NCBI GenBank assembly: GCA_964057225.1
Contig: OZ059895.1
Coordinates: 7,564,001-7,628,000, forward strand
Direction: 5' to 3'
DNA: 64,000 bases
Source: Auanema rhodensis
Lineage: Eukaryota; Animalia; Nematoda
Made by a program: the position numbers and the translations under genes. Shown here piece after piece: positions 12,538-25,129 of the stretch (the stretch's first letter is position 1; each line of letters starts with the position of its first letter). Under the pieces are notes generated by a model that was given only the letters and a program-made list of their open reading frames with translations, did no database searches and had not been told where the DNA came from.

Positions 12538-12791
12538 GTTTTTTGTTATGTTCTTAGCATATCATTTCGTGAATTCGTGTACATACATAATTAGAATTGA
12601 AGCTTTCGATAGAAATATTGTTATTGTAGGTTATTTCAACTCTTAATCTATTTGTTGAAGTTTTTGTTATATATTCTACAGATAAATTCTACTATGTTGA
12701 AATGTATCTTTCATTTATACGCTCAAAATCGTTATATAATATTTAAGTCGTTATACATATAAACCCTGCTATTCCTCTAAGCAATTCCCTT

Positions 12792-12859
12792 TCAGAACCC
12801 ACACCATTGGATTGCAGTTAGAGAAGGCTCGAAATGATCGAGGAAAAACTACGATCTAA
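12792..12859 (+). pseudogene. Duplicated fragment encoding the last ~20 codons of eif-3.E
   Basis: Exact copy of 7057-7124 ([20 protein letters not shown]) without the upstream exons. Confidence 0.9.
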
Positions 12860-13222
12860 ATGATATTGCGGATTCTTTTTTCTGTTTTTGTTTTAATTTG
12901 TTGGGCTGATACGCTTGTTTTCGTAATTTTTCTCTCTTTCGGACATCTGAAAAAATAAAATTCTAATCTTAATTACTGCTGATACCTTGTTGTTGATTGT
13001 TAGTTCCTACTATTATACTAAATGTATTTTCTTGTTGGAATATGAAGGTTTGTAAAAGATCGTTGAATTATAAGAAGATATGGTTTCTTTCCTGTCACAT
13101 ATGTATATATCATATATAATACATGAGAATAGCTCAACTTGAAAACTTATGTTTATTTTTAATGATTTAGAACTTTTTTCTAGTTTAAAAATAGAATAAT
13201 TTGTGTTTTCACTTACAAAATA

Positions 13223-16200
13223 ATGACTTCATTACGGGTAAATTAGTAGTTTTTTAACAATTTTATGAACAATTCTTTAGTTTATTCCTAAAACTGCGTA
13301 TAATGTAGCTCTGGATGATTTAACTATGGCATCCATTTTTGGAGATGACATTGAAGGAAATCAAATAACTAATGTACTTGCTCTTGAAGCTAAGCCGTTC
13401 GCTCTGATTGTTTTCGGGGAAAAATTAATGACGCGTGTAAGTAAATTTTGAATTCTGTCTTATTCAAGCTTTAGCTTTGTGGATGAAGTTCCTCTTTTAG
13501 ATAAAGCATTTGCCTATTTATGATATTATTTTGGTTTTGTGCAAGGGCTATTTGACATTTATAAAGGGCCGGCATCTATCCTTGCAGTTGGGTTAGGTTT
13601 TAAATTCTTTTTAATTTTATCTATTTCAGTGACGTACCATCATATCCTGCTGCTAAATCAGAAGAGAATTTTAAGTTTGTTTTGTCTTTCATTCGTTTCA
13701 AAAGTATTTTTTATGAAGGAACGGGATAGTATCTGAGAAATGTTTCAATAATGTTGTAGCCTATACATATTCAAACTTATCAGCGTGGATGCAACCTTCT
13801 CAGCCGAATGTGAGTCATTTTTCCTAAAGCTTATTCAAACGATATTTCAGCTTTTTTGTAAAGCCATTTATGATAGATTGCTTAAATGGCAACCAGGGTA
13901 TAGTTTCGTTGATTTTTCATTACTAAAGCATACTGAGCTTTTTGGTAAGAACTAGTTCACATGTAGCACGAGTAAAATTCAATATTAAGATTATTTCACA
14001 AGTAAACAGCTGGATAATTGGGGTGAAATGGATATTAGAACGAAATCTGAACTTATAAGTGCAATAGCTACGAATACATTTCGATTTAATGTTTGGTTTG
14101 TTCTAATGTCCTTGAGGTATTCGAGTTGGGACTTCTGAAAGAGCTTTGACTTTTTTAGAAATGAGTTTTCCCTAGTATATGATACGTCAGCTAAATTAGT
14201 ACATTTCGGAAAACTGAAAACCAAAGTAGTTTTTCAATTTTCTGGAATATTAACATATGTTCTTTTAGAAATTGATAATATATTCCACTAGTTCTGGAAA
14301 TGCCGAAACCTATGAGTAAAAATTAAATTTTTCTTTTAAATTATAAAATTTCTCTTCAGAATACTGAAAGATATTCACCGTCACGTAAAGTATTGTAGAT
14401 CAGCTTACCATCTTACCTTTCCATTCATTTTCAACAACTTTGAAGTTGTATATCACGAGGTAATCAATAACCCACGTTCTTAATTTTATGCAAATTTCTT
14501 ACAGACGCTTACTTCACAAGGCCCATTATTAGAAATGCTTATTGGCCCATATATGACGAATTCGGTATGATTTTTCTTTTTTTCTGTTTTGTACTTAGTT
14601 TCAAGCATTTAACATCGGATGGTAGAGGATATTTCTCAGGAAAAATTTATGCCTTTGTGAGGAGAATACCATTATTTGTCACATACTTGTTCGTTTTACT
14701 ATCTATATGGTCCCTATGTTCAGTATACGCAATTTCAGGTCTGAATTTCTTTTTTCACCTTCACAAGATAAGGAATCATGCATGTGAGCTAAATCTCTTC
14801 AATATCTGAAACTTTAAGAATTTCAGAAGAAATCCCCTTTCTACTTTTGATTTGGAAAGACTGATTGGGAAGTTCTTTCAGAAATCTACGGATTCTTTTT
14901 TCTCCCCAAATAAAAAACACGTATTTTATTGTTATAATTTCTGATATATATTCTCATATTTCAGATTCCTGAATTAGCCCGAAAGATAGCAGCCAGATTT
15001 AATAATTGGAAATCATTAGAAGATTTTATTGATAAGACCTTGGAGAGTAGCTATGTCTATTTTGGTAATGATAAAGTTCATAACCTAAAGGGCTTCACTA
15101 GAAGTTTTTTTTACAGATGTCTTTGAGAGAGCCGATAAAAGCCAGCTGCCAAAGTTGTTTAAAAAGCGGTGTATGAATATTTATGCCAGTTCTCTTGCTT
15201 TACATACATTCCGTTTCATGATCTATGTATTGCTAGTTACACTTCGGTAATGTTTTCATATCTCCATCTTATGCTTTTTGATATTCAAGCTCGATGTATA
15301 CGACTGTTATTGGATCGAACAACACGGTCAGGTTCATTGGTGCTGGTCATTTTCCGGTATATTCTTTACGTTGTTCTGTTGATTTTTTGTTTTTTTATAG
15401 AATGTAATAGATGAAAAAGAATTACTTACAACTGAAGTGTAAGTTTTTCTTTGATATATCTTTCTTTAAACTATCTTTTAAAGACCAAATAAAGAAACTA
15501 TCGTTTCGAAACAAATTGAAAACGGAGAAGAAGATGGCAAATTAAAAAGAAAGAGAACGCAAAGCAAGTGCATTACCATGTAGGGGGTACTTCTAATTTT
15601 TTCTTTTCAAAATTGTGTTTCAGTCTTGATTCCCCGGAACCGGCTGCTAAAACCTCGAAGTTGGAACCAGCTCTTCCTTTATCGTATGTCATTTTGTTTT
15701 GAAGTAGAATGATAACGAATTTTTAAATATTTCAGAGTTAAACAAGAAGTGAATACTCATAAATTTGATCTTAAAAAGGTTGGTGAATTATAATCTGTGT
15801 ATCAAAATTATCTCTTTTAAGGTGAAACAAGAGAAAACAGACAATACTCTTGCAACATCTGCACCTGTAACTAACCCTGCTACCACTAATGCTGTAGATC
15901 TTTCTCGAGTTAAAAAGGAATCCATTAAATCAAGCTTCACAGCTGCTCCTTCTATAAATTCTGATGTATTTTTCGTTTTATATGCGATTTATAAAATTCT
16001 AATACATTTGTTTAGATTCCTGATGATAGATCTGACAAGAGTGAGGATATTACACGAGATGTTGTAGATTTCAAACGTTTCAAAGCTGATATTGATGCTG
16101 ATCCTAACATTCAAGCGGTGTATAAAACTATTTTTGGGTTTAATCTTATTTAATTTCACTTACTTTTCTATTATTGTTTCAGCTTAATCATTGACAATCG

Positions 16201-16282
16201 AGAAGCTCTTCGAACTCGTTATATAGATCTTCTGAAAGAAAATGCGAAATTAAAGGATATTATACGGGCAATGGAAACTTAG
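13223..16282 (+). CDS. Orphan 'gene X' copy 2 (intact paralog with a divergent central region)
   Basis: Same exon-intron architecture as copy 1. The frame stays open through divergent exons such as IKHLPIYDIILVLCKGYLTFIKGRHLSLH and ILKDIHRHVKYCRSAYHLTFPFIFNNFEVVYHE. The C-terminus is identical, with TAG at 16280-16282. Confidence 0.75.
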
Positions 16283-16409
16283 TTGCCATAATTACTGTTG
16301 TTGTTGTTGTTGTTATTTTGTTCTGTTATAATGATTTTCGGATAACAGATCTACTAATTGATCCAGAATCGTTCATATTCATAGTGCATCAAGCAGTTCC
16401 TGACTATGT

Positions 16410-16729
16410 ATCTGAAAAAATAAAATTCTAATCTTAATTACTGCTGATACCTTGTTGTTGATTGTTAGTTCCTACTATTATACTAAATGTATTTTCTTGT
16501 TGGAATATGAAGGTTTGTAAAAGATCGTTGAATTATAAGAAGATATGGTTTCTTTCCTGTCACATATGTATATATCATATATAATACATGAGAATAGCTC
16601 AACTTGAAAACTTATGTTTATTTTTAATGATTTAGAACTTTTTTCTAGTTTAAAAATAGAATAATTTGTGTTTTCACTTACAAAATAATGACTTCATTAC
16701 GGGTAAATTAGTAGTTTTTTAACAATTTT
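16410..16729 (+). repeat. Third copy (320 nt) of the eif-3.E polyA/intergenic region plus gene X exon 1
   Basis: Matches 7210-7529 (offset 9200) and 12945-13264. Includes the AATAAA and the ATG ACT TCA TTA CGG|gtaaat first exon at 16688. Confidence 0.95.
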
Positions 16730-16808
16730 TTGTAATATCTGAATTCCGCTCTTCACTTTTGTTTCTTTGATCGATATCTTTATATTATTTTATTATTATT
16801 TATTCAGA

Positions 16809-18406
16809 ATGAGAAATAAAATAAAAAAGGGTTTGGTGATATTAGCGGTTTGCATTTCTGTGATTCTATTTTGGTGCGAATTTCTGGTTTATCCATTTCA
16901 TCTATATGTGTGCTCTAAAGGTTTTGAGGGAATTAAAAAGTAAGTTATATTAAATTTATGATTTATAAGTTATATTAGAAATACCAATGATGAACTCAAT
17001 GTTATAATGATTTCTGATACTCATATTCTCGGGAAATTTAAGGGTCATTGGTTTGATAGAATTAGGAGGTTTTAATACAATAAATTTATTCTCTCTTTAC
17101 ACTGTTTTAAGAGAATGGCAAATGTCTAGCTCATTTACGCAAGCTGTGAAATGGCTCCAACCTGAAGCTGTTTTCTTTTTAGGTATTATATGTTGACTAA
17201 TGTTTTTTTATTGTTATTCAAACATTGCTACAGGAGATTTAATGGACGAAGGTCAATGGACAGATGAAAACTTATTCAATGAATATGCCGATAGATTTTT
17301 CAAAGTTTTCAATAACCAGACAGCGGGACCTACTATGTATTTTATTCCTGGAAATCATGATTTAGGATTTCATTTTGAGTAAATCTATATGTTAACAACA
17401 TTAATAATCTCTTTATAATTAGAATACATCCTGAACGTATAAAATGGTTCAAAAAACGTTTTGATGTCGACTCTGTTAATATTTTGAATATAAAAGGTAC
17501 TCATTATTTAATAATAATAACTTATTATTTATAGGATTTCCCTTTGTGACGATTAATTCTATGGCCATGCATGGTGATAAATGTAGATTATGTGCTGGTG
17601 CATTGAATTTAATGGAAACATATTCAAAAATCTTTGATTGTGCTGCTAATGAATCTTGCACATCATACCCAGAATCTGAATTAAATCGCCCTTTTATAAA
17701 GCCTATAGTTCTTCAGCATTTTCCTTTATTTAGGTAAATTAATTCATATTATTTTTATTATATTTTTTTTTGTTTCAGAACAAATGAAAATGTTTGTATG
17801 CGGGATGAAGATTTTGATGAACTAGCACCTGACCGTGATGAGCATTACCGAGAAAAGTGGGAATGTCTCTCTAAAGAATCAACTCAGTGGGTATCTTCTT
17901 ATAAGCTTGAATTTCATGTTTGTCGTAGATATATTCTGGAAAAAATCCAACCGAGAGCTGTTTTTGATGGCCATGCACATCGTGGATGTAAGAGGAAGTA
18001 AATTACTTTATATAATTTGCAATTAAGTATATTTATTTGAGATGGACTTCTCCAACTGAATTTTATGAGTACACTCAAAATTCTTTTAACTGGAGAAATA
18101 ATGACGTTCCTACAATTTTAATGGTTAGTATCGACAAAGATAGAGTAAGTTTATTGTTTTTTCAATGATTATTGACAGATAATATTTTTTTCGGCTGAAA
18201 AAGTTTTATTTCAAGATTTTTATTTTTTAAATCTTTTTCAGGTTGATGTAAAAACCTGCTATCTTCCTAGAGAATCTTTTATTTTTGTTGGATACTTTTT
18301 TATAATTCTTTTTATATTAATATTTTTTCAATACGTTTTAATGCTTTGTCTTAAAATTAAATCTCATTCTACTGATCTTCGATTACTTTCGACTAAACAC
18401 GAGTAA
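16809..18406 (+). CDS. Metallophosphoesterase 1 (MPPE1/PGAP5/Cdc1-like), multi-exon
   Basis: N-terminal TM, metallophosphoesterase motifs ISDTHILG, GDLMDEG, PGNHDLG, LQHFPL and FDGHAH, then SFNWRN and a C-terminal TM. Confidence 0.92.
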
Positions 18407-21400
18407 CCTTAAATTTAGTTTGTACTTAAGAAAATCAAAATTGTTTGATACTGCTCATATGGTTATTGTATACTTAAAAACTTAAAAATACTTAAAATTA
18501 TTATTAATTATATTTTGGACTAATTTTAATTGTAAAAAACGTTTGATCATATTCGTATTGTTTAGTTGCTTTTGGAGCAAAATCAGCAATGAACAGTTCT
18601 AATGCCAACACTACTAGTTTTTTACTAATTGATTTCTTTATGTTTATTGATTTCTTATATATAATAAAGGATGTGATAATTATGAAGCTCTCATTTTTAT
18701 TTTTCTTTCTATTTAAACACAATTCTGCCAGGAAATTATAAATTAGGTAGATGAGAAAACATTCTCACGCAATCAAACAGTAAGAATTTTGATATCGTTT
18801 GTCTAATTCTTTGCTTCCTCTTCCGATCTTCTCTTCTCTTCCTGATTCCTCATCATCTTTTCGTCTATGTCTTCATGTTCTTTACCTTTCGTCCTTTTTG
18901 CTTTTCTCTTATGATGCTATGTGGCCTCTGTATTTATTCTTCGTTCTGTTCTCGTTTTTGTTTGCCTATGTGAAGAAGCATGTCACATCCTGTCTCCTAG
19001 CACATTATATAATCCCATTACCAAAATCGATTAGATTTTCCTGACAACAAAAGGTTTAAACTCAACAGTTTTGAAAACTTTCATTATGATATCTAGCCTT
19101 AAGGATACGTTACAGAACTTAAACTGACCTGTTATTGCATCTTCTCATCTTGTCCGTGAATCAACAGAAGTCTTCAACTGGCAATCCACTTATCCACATG
19201 ATACTAAGCCTGATTCTCAACTCTCTTCCTCGGCAGTCTACCACACCACAGATATAACATTCAGTTCAATATCTGTTATGTGCTCCACACTGCTGTTGCA
19301 TCATTCTATTAGTAATATTAACTAATTTCCTTTTATTATTTGATTATTCAAACGTATTATTTTCTAATTATTTGTTTTTCGACATAATTGAACTCTTTGG
19401 ATTTTACATTAAAATTATGTTTTTTGTCTCATGATGTTAATGTTTTCTCTCCTCATTCACTCAAGAATAAGGTTGCCTTATAACACATAGTTAACTTAAC
19501 TAAAATATTTATATAAACCTACAACATTCTATTATCAGAATGATATATAGATTCTAATACTCGGTAGTACCTCGCTAGTCCATTTAGCTAGTGATAGTAT
19601 GATGTTGGATGGGACAAGGTCGCTTGTCAGGCTGGTCGATCACCACCCCACAATTCTCATATCAGAATTTCCTATCCGTTTCCTTTTCTGCATAACGGTC
19701 TCCTCCGATATGTTCATCATTGTATTCATCGTTTTCTTCTACTATGTCACCTTTATATCTTTGTTGTTAATTCCTATATCGTCCTTCTGATTAACTTCAA
19801 TGGGTCTTACGACTGATATCTGCAAATCGTCATCGTACTACCCTATTGCAACATCATAATTCGCTTGCTGATCTCCTGATTTTCTTACAGGTTTATCAAA
19901 CATCGATCCAGCTTCTCAATCTCGAAACATGCGTGACCCACTGCGGGACCAGGTAAGCTGTTTTCTCTAGAATTGTTTTTCGTTTCTGTATCTTCTGAAT
20001 TCTGCGCAGATAGACAAGCTATTTCTTCCTTTCCACTCAATAGCTTGTCTTGTTGTTTTCAAATCTCATCGCCCCATTTTGTGATTTTAGAATAACATTC
20101 TATGAGTCTCACTTTATATTGTTGTTACAATCACCATCACGAATTTCTTATCAATAAGGTTCTCTATTCATTTTCCAATATTTCCATTTCACCGTTTTGA
20201 CTCATTTTGCTTTTAACAATATCACGTCAACTTGTTTGATTCTGATTCAAGAGTTGACAATCTGAAGTATTCAGATTTTTTTCTTTTTTTTTTACAAATA
20301 AATATTTCTGATTCGTAATTGCATATTTTAAAGAATGTTATCTTTCATTTCTATCCTATTATCTCCTTTTAATCTTTAACATGATTTCATAAACGGCCTT
20401 CTGTTTCTTTTCCCAACCGGCCAATGACATTTTCATTTCATGTGTCATATTTGTCTTATCTGAGGATTCTGAAGTCAAAAGTTCTTAATAATCCGGAATC
20501 TGCTTTTTTCTTTTTCTGCTCTGCTCAATTATGCTCAATCTATTTGTTCATATGGCTAGTTCGCTGAGCTTAGATCATCTCGATTCTCATAGATTCATCT
20601 TCCATCTCTATCTCTCGTTTCATGCTGTCCAGCCGTTCAATCCATTTGACTATTGAAAGAATTCGTGCTCTTCTTCAAAGAAATTTTCAAGCCATCTTCA
20701 AGCTCTGCAAATTCTCATGGATTTGCTGAAAATATACAGCTTTTCCACCTTCTCACAATAGACTTGCTTCAAGTTAAGCTCAATATACAGGATATTATGT
20801 GGTTAATGAAAATTGGGGAGAGGGATATACAGTTAACATCATTTCACTAATCTAATGATATGCTGTATTTTCAAACGTATAACGGCCTTTCCTCCACAAT
20901 TAATGAATGTGGTCTTCTGAATCTATTATATATCAGCTATTTTCTCTTATTATCCATCTTCTAGATCTGATACCTGCGGTATCCTTTGGCTTGTTTTTGT
21001 TGTTTGATGTCCTTGCAGGTTTTTGACAATCATTCATTGCGGCATCCGCTTCTTATCAACATGTTGCCGAAAATGGAAAAAAGAAATTGAAGATAATTTT
21101 CATTAGAAATTGCTACAGCATAAGCATTAAGCAAAGGAGACAGCGTTTTTTCGAATATTGCTGGCACAGCGAGTTTGTCAATCTCTTGTAAATGCCACCT
21201 GAACATCTTATACTGATCAACAATTTTAAGCCAATCAGGCGGCAATCAGGTTTTGAGCTTACGATGAACTTAAATCGTATCTTCTCCACCTACTTTTTCC
21301 ATATTTATCATTATTATCACTGTAGTCGTCATCATCCTGGGCTTCAAAAGTTGACGACCACGTCAATTGACAGACATTTCTCATAAATACGTAGTGATTG

Positions 21401-22190
21401 AGCCGAAAGAGGACGACCACCACGTTGTCTTTTGATGTCATTTCTTATCTAAATGGCGTTCCTCGTTATTCTTTTGAAATTTTCTATTCCCCCCCCCTTT
21501 TTTTCTGACAATGATTATGTGCTTACCCAATCATTCACATCAATGGGGTCGTTACGACAATGTCTTCGCTTCTGCGATTCATTTTGTGTCTTTTATAACG
21601 ATCAGACAGTATACCGAAGTTATTTTCTTCCGAATGTCCTTTTTAACTACTTCGATTGCTTAATGATTCTCAACATATATCTTTGTAAATCTTTAAAGTC
21701 ATTGTCGACATGCTTGACGTGCTTTGTGTATATGGATATTTCAACTGTTCAGTCAAATACTGCAAATAGAAGAAACCAACCTTTTTCGTTTATATCATCT
21801 GAAAACATGTCTTCACATATCTTTTTCCATTTCTTCGTTTAACTTATAGTGTTATTTCATTCAAAATTTGTATGAAATGCATTATATTCGATTGTAAAAC
21901 TATGTTTTTTCTTGAACAAAGTTTTGAAATTCAGTCTAAATATTCAATTTAACTACCTTTTATGTCTTATATTTCTATGTTTTTTTATATTTTTTATAAA
22001 AACTATGAAATAGAGTCATGTTACGAACTTTATAATAGAACTGGATTCTGATGACGTTTATTCATTATCACCCGTAGGGCATGATGAGTCCTGATCTCTT
22101 CATCGTTTATCAATTTTCTTTTTCGATGTGAGAAGATGTCTATTTCATAAGCAAATGTTTATGTTTTTTCTTTTTTTTCTTTGCCCCCCC

Positions 22191-22193
<3 letters not shown>

Positions 22194-22260
<67 letters not shown>
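22194..22260. repeat. (CT)n microsatellite
   Basis: About 33 uninterrupted CT units. Confidence 0.97.
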
Positions 22261-22262
<2 letters not shown>

Positions 22263-22954
22263 TCTGTCTTTCAACCCTGTCTTTCAACCTTTTTTCAAAG
22301 TTTTTTTTCTATTATTTCAAAAAAAATTTTACTTTAAACGATTGAAAAAATAAAATTTTTTTCTACATTCCTCGAGAAAATTCATACAATATACATATAT
22401 GTCGTTATAGTCAACCTCTTCTTTTGCTGTCGTTTTGATCATCCCATAATCGCCTCGTTGTCCTCAACTCTTTTCTTTTCTGACGCCTTTCAAAGAATTC
22501 TTCAAATCACATAATTCACAGTGAACGGTTATCGCAACTCTGTCAGCCATGTCATCCTTTATTTCTCCTTACCTGTTTGACTGATCCAACAAAAGTAACC
22601 ATAAGCCTTTTTAAACGGAAGAGGAGCTTAACTGCTTTATCCCATAACTTTTTTCTGTCATTCTTCTTTAAAGTTTCATTTGAAATTTTAGTTGAAAGAT
22701 AGAATAGAAAAAAGAAAACTGTAGTTATTATTCTGAGACAAAGTTTTTTTTTCTTTGAAAAATTTAAAATTATTAATAATCTTCAAGATTGGAATATTTG
22801 CTGAACTTATAAAGATATTACCAGTAAGTCGGATATAGCTTTAGTGCCTACAACATCCAGTTTTCTATAACTATAAAGTATATTATCATGACTGGTTTCA
22901 CACAATGTCTCTCTTTTTGCTATGATCACTCACATATATTCTTTATATATCTTA

Positions 22955-23040
22955 CTCTCTCTCTTTCTTTCTTTCTTTCTCTCTCACTCCCTCTCTCTCT
23001 CTTTCTCTCTCTCACTCTCTTACCCCCTCTCTCTCTCTCT
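22955..23040. repeat. Imperfect CT-rich simple repeat
   Basis: Degenerate (CT)n/(CTTT)n tract. Confidence 0.85.
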
Positions 23041-25129
23041 TAAAAAAAATTGGAAATCTGTTCTTCTTTTTCTTCCCCCCCCCTCTCCTTCCACCACTTT
23101 AGTACTGAGACCAAAATTTATTTTATTTTCATATGTGTTAGAGCAGACTAAAGATTAGTATGAACATCCATTTAAGATGACCCAGCCAATGAATAGCCAT
23201 AGTCTTCGTTCATGAAATTTGTATTTTTCTCCGAAAAACGGTTATCAACTTCTGAGCTGGACACCGATGAAGAAAACGAGCATCTAACCAGTTTATTTCT
23301 TTCTTTCTTTCATTTAATATGAATGATTATCGAATGATTTTTACGAAATTCAATTTTCTATCTCATTTCACTATCATTATCATCAACGAATTCTTTTTTT
23401 TTCTTCTTTTTCTTCTTCTTTTATAACAAAGTGACCGACATTCAATTGTCAAGAATCAAAGAAAATATTACTACTACTAATCATTTTATTTTTATTTATT
23501 TCATTTCTTAAAGCATTTTTTAATAGTTTCGAGAATTGTACAAATTGTTTTTTATATTCATAAAAGGGTCAGAAATGTAATTAAAAGACCGGTTTTTCTT
23601 CAATTTACTGTTAATAATGATAAATGTAAAATAGATAAAAGCTTTTCGATTATTTTGTCATTAAAAATGAAAAACGGCTTGATCATTATCAATCTCATTC
23701 AATTACTTCGTTCACACGTTTACTTCAGTCCCTATCACTGTACTGTATAGAACATTTGCGTGTACGGTCACACGTAGCCAATGTTGAAGGCCAGGTTCCC
23801 AGGTCGTCAAACATCTTATCAGCTCTTCGCCTCATTGAGCATTTTACCCGTATTGCCAACCGTTCCTTCTTCAAGCCATTGTATCACTTTTTTTTTTCTT
23901 CGAAAGCTAACTTTCCAACTAGTGTAGAATGATGTACGTGAATAGATTACGTATGAAACAACGGCTTTCATTCTCGATTGAAGAGAACGCATTGAGCGGT
24001 TGTATCAATCTATCTACGAACAGTTTCCTTCTTCTTTCCATTCTTCCTTATTTCCTCTTTTCTAATTTTCTAATTGAAAGAACACTTAGTTGTTGTTCAA
24101 GAAATAGAAATACTTCCATAGATTTCCATTTTTCATGAACACATAAGTAGAAAAGAATAAAGTCTGTGTTAATTCAATAATAAGCAGTTAAGATGTAAGC
24201 TGAATTATAGAAATAACACAAGAATTTTCCTTATTTAAAGCATTACGACATTCCAATACTTATTTTATAATTAAAATATAAAAACTTTATTACAACTTAT
24301 TCTGTTTTGCTTCCAACCTTATCATATCCAAAGTTTTCTTGCCATTTCTTGGATTATTTTCATTTAAATGTAATAGTTTATACAAAGAATGAACTGAAAT
24401 TTGATCTTTATTGATGCTATAAGCTTTAATATATAGGAAAACGTATGTTGTAGTAGATTTACTAGTAATGTATCCTCTCAAGTCTTAATGTTTCAAAACA
24501 TTTCAGACATCCTGTTTCATTCTAGTTAGATATATACTATGTGTTTCATTAAATATATATGTATATTCTTTATTTTACCTTATTCTAATCCCCCCCCTAT
24601 ATCCTTTAATTTAATTTAATGATAAAGATTTAAATATTTATATTCTTTTAATGTTTATTATATAGTTTATATTCATTTATTATGTTATCGGTGTTCTTTT
24701 ATTAAAACTTCATGCTTCATGACAGCTATCTTTACAAAGCAGCTGCTCATTGTGCTACGGTTTCTCATTCGGTTTTTGAGCATAAAAACAGACATATAGC
24801 TTGCAGTGATAGCCTATTGGTGCTGATACTCTTCATTCATTTAACTACTTGACCACATGATCAACTATTGAATTTTTCGATTATAATCAAATACATTCAT
24901 AGATTTGTCTTCAATCACATTCTTTAATTTCTCATCCTCATCTGCTTTCATTTCTGTCAATTTTGATTAATGTCTATATCTTTTATTTGTGAGAAAAACG
25001 ACTGAAAGCTTGGCACCTACTTCTCTGTCTGTTCTGAACTTTATTTCATATCATCCTCACACCATCACTTACATTTCATTTTCTCTACATACTTTCTCAT
25101 TGAAAAACATTGATCACATCATTTTACAG

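Larger units (their letters stand above)
12792..16322 (+). repeat. Local ~3.5 kb segmental duplication of 7057-~10560 (eif-3.E tail, intergenic region and gene X)
   Basis: Sequence from tcagaacccacacc at 7057 recurs at 12792 (offset 5735). It is identical for about 660 nt, then alternates near-identical and divergent blocks up to the (GTT)n tract after the gene X stop. Confidence 0.97.

Noticed and set aside
14567-14809. Apparent TM segment (LFVTYLFVLLSIWSLCSVYAIS) in gene X
   Set aside because: It mostly reads through an intron (gttcgt...aatttcag) that is needed to keep the frame in both copies.
22062-22090. ACCCGTA (miR-51/100 family seed) in a small hairpin; also at ~23846
   Set aside because: The seed lies in the loop of a short stem, or has no pairing arm; not a pre-miRNA-sized hairpin.
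24512-24519. CTGTTTCA piRNA Ruby-motif cores (also ~29427, ~46089)
   Set aside because: They are scattered at background frequency, not clustered.
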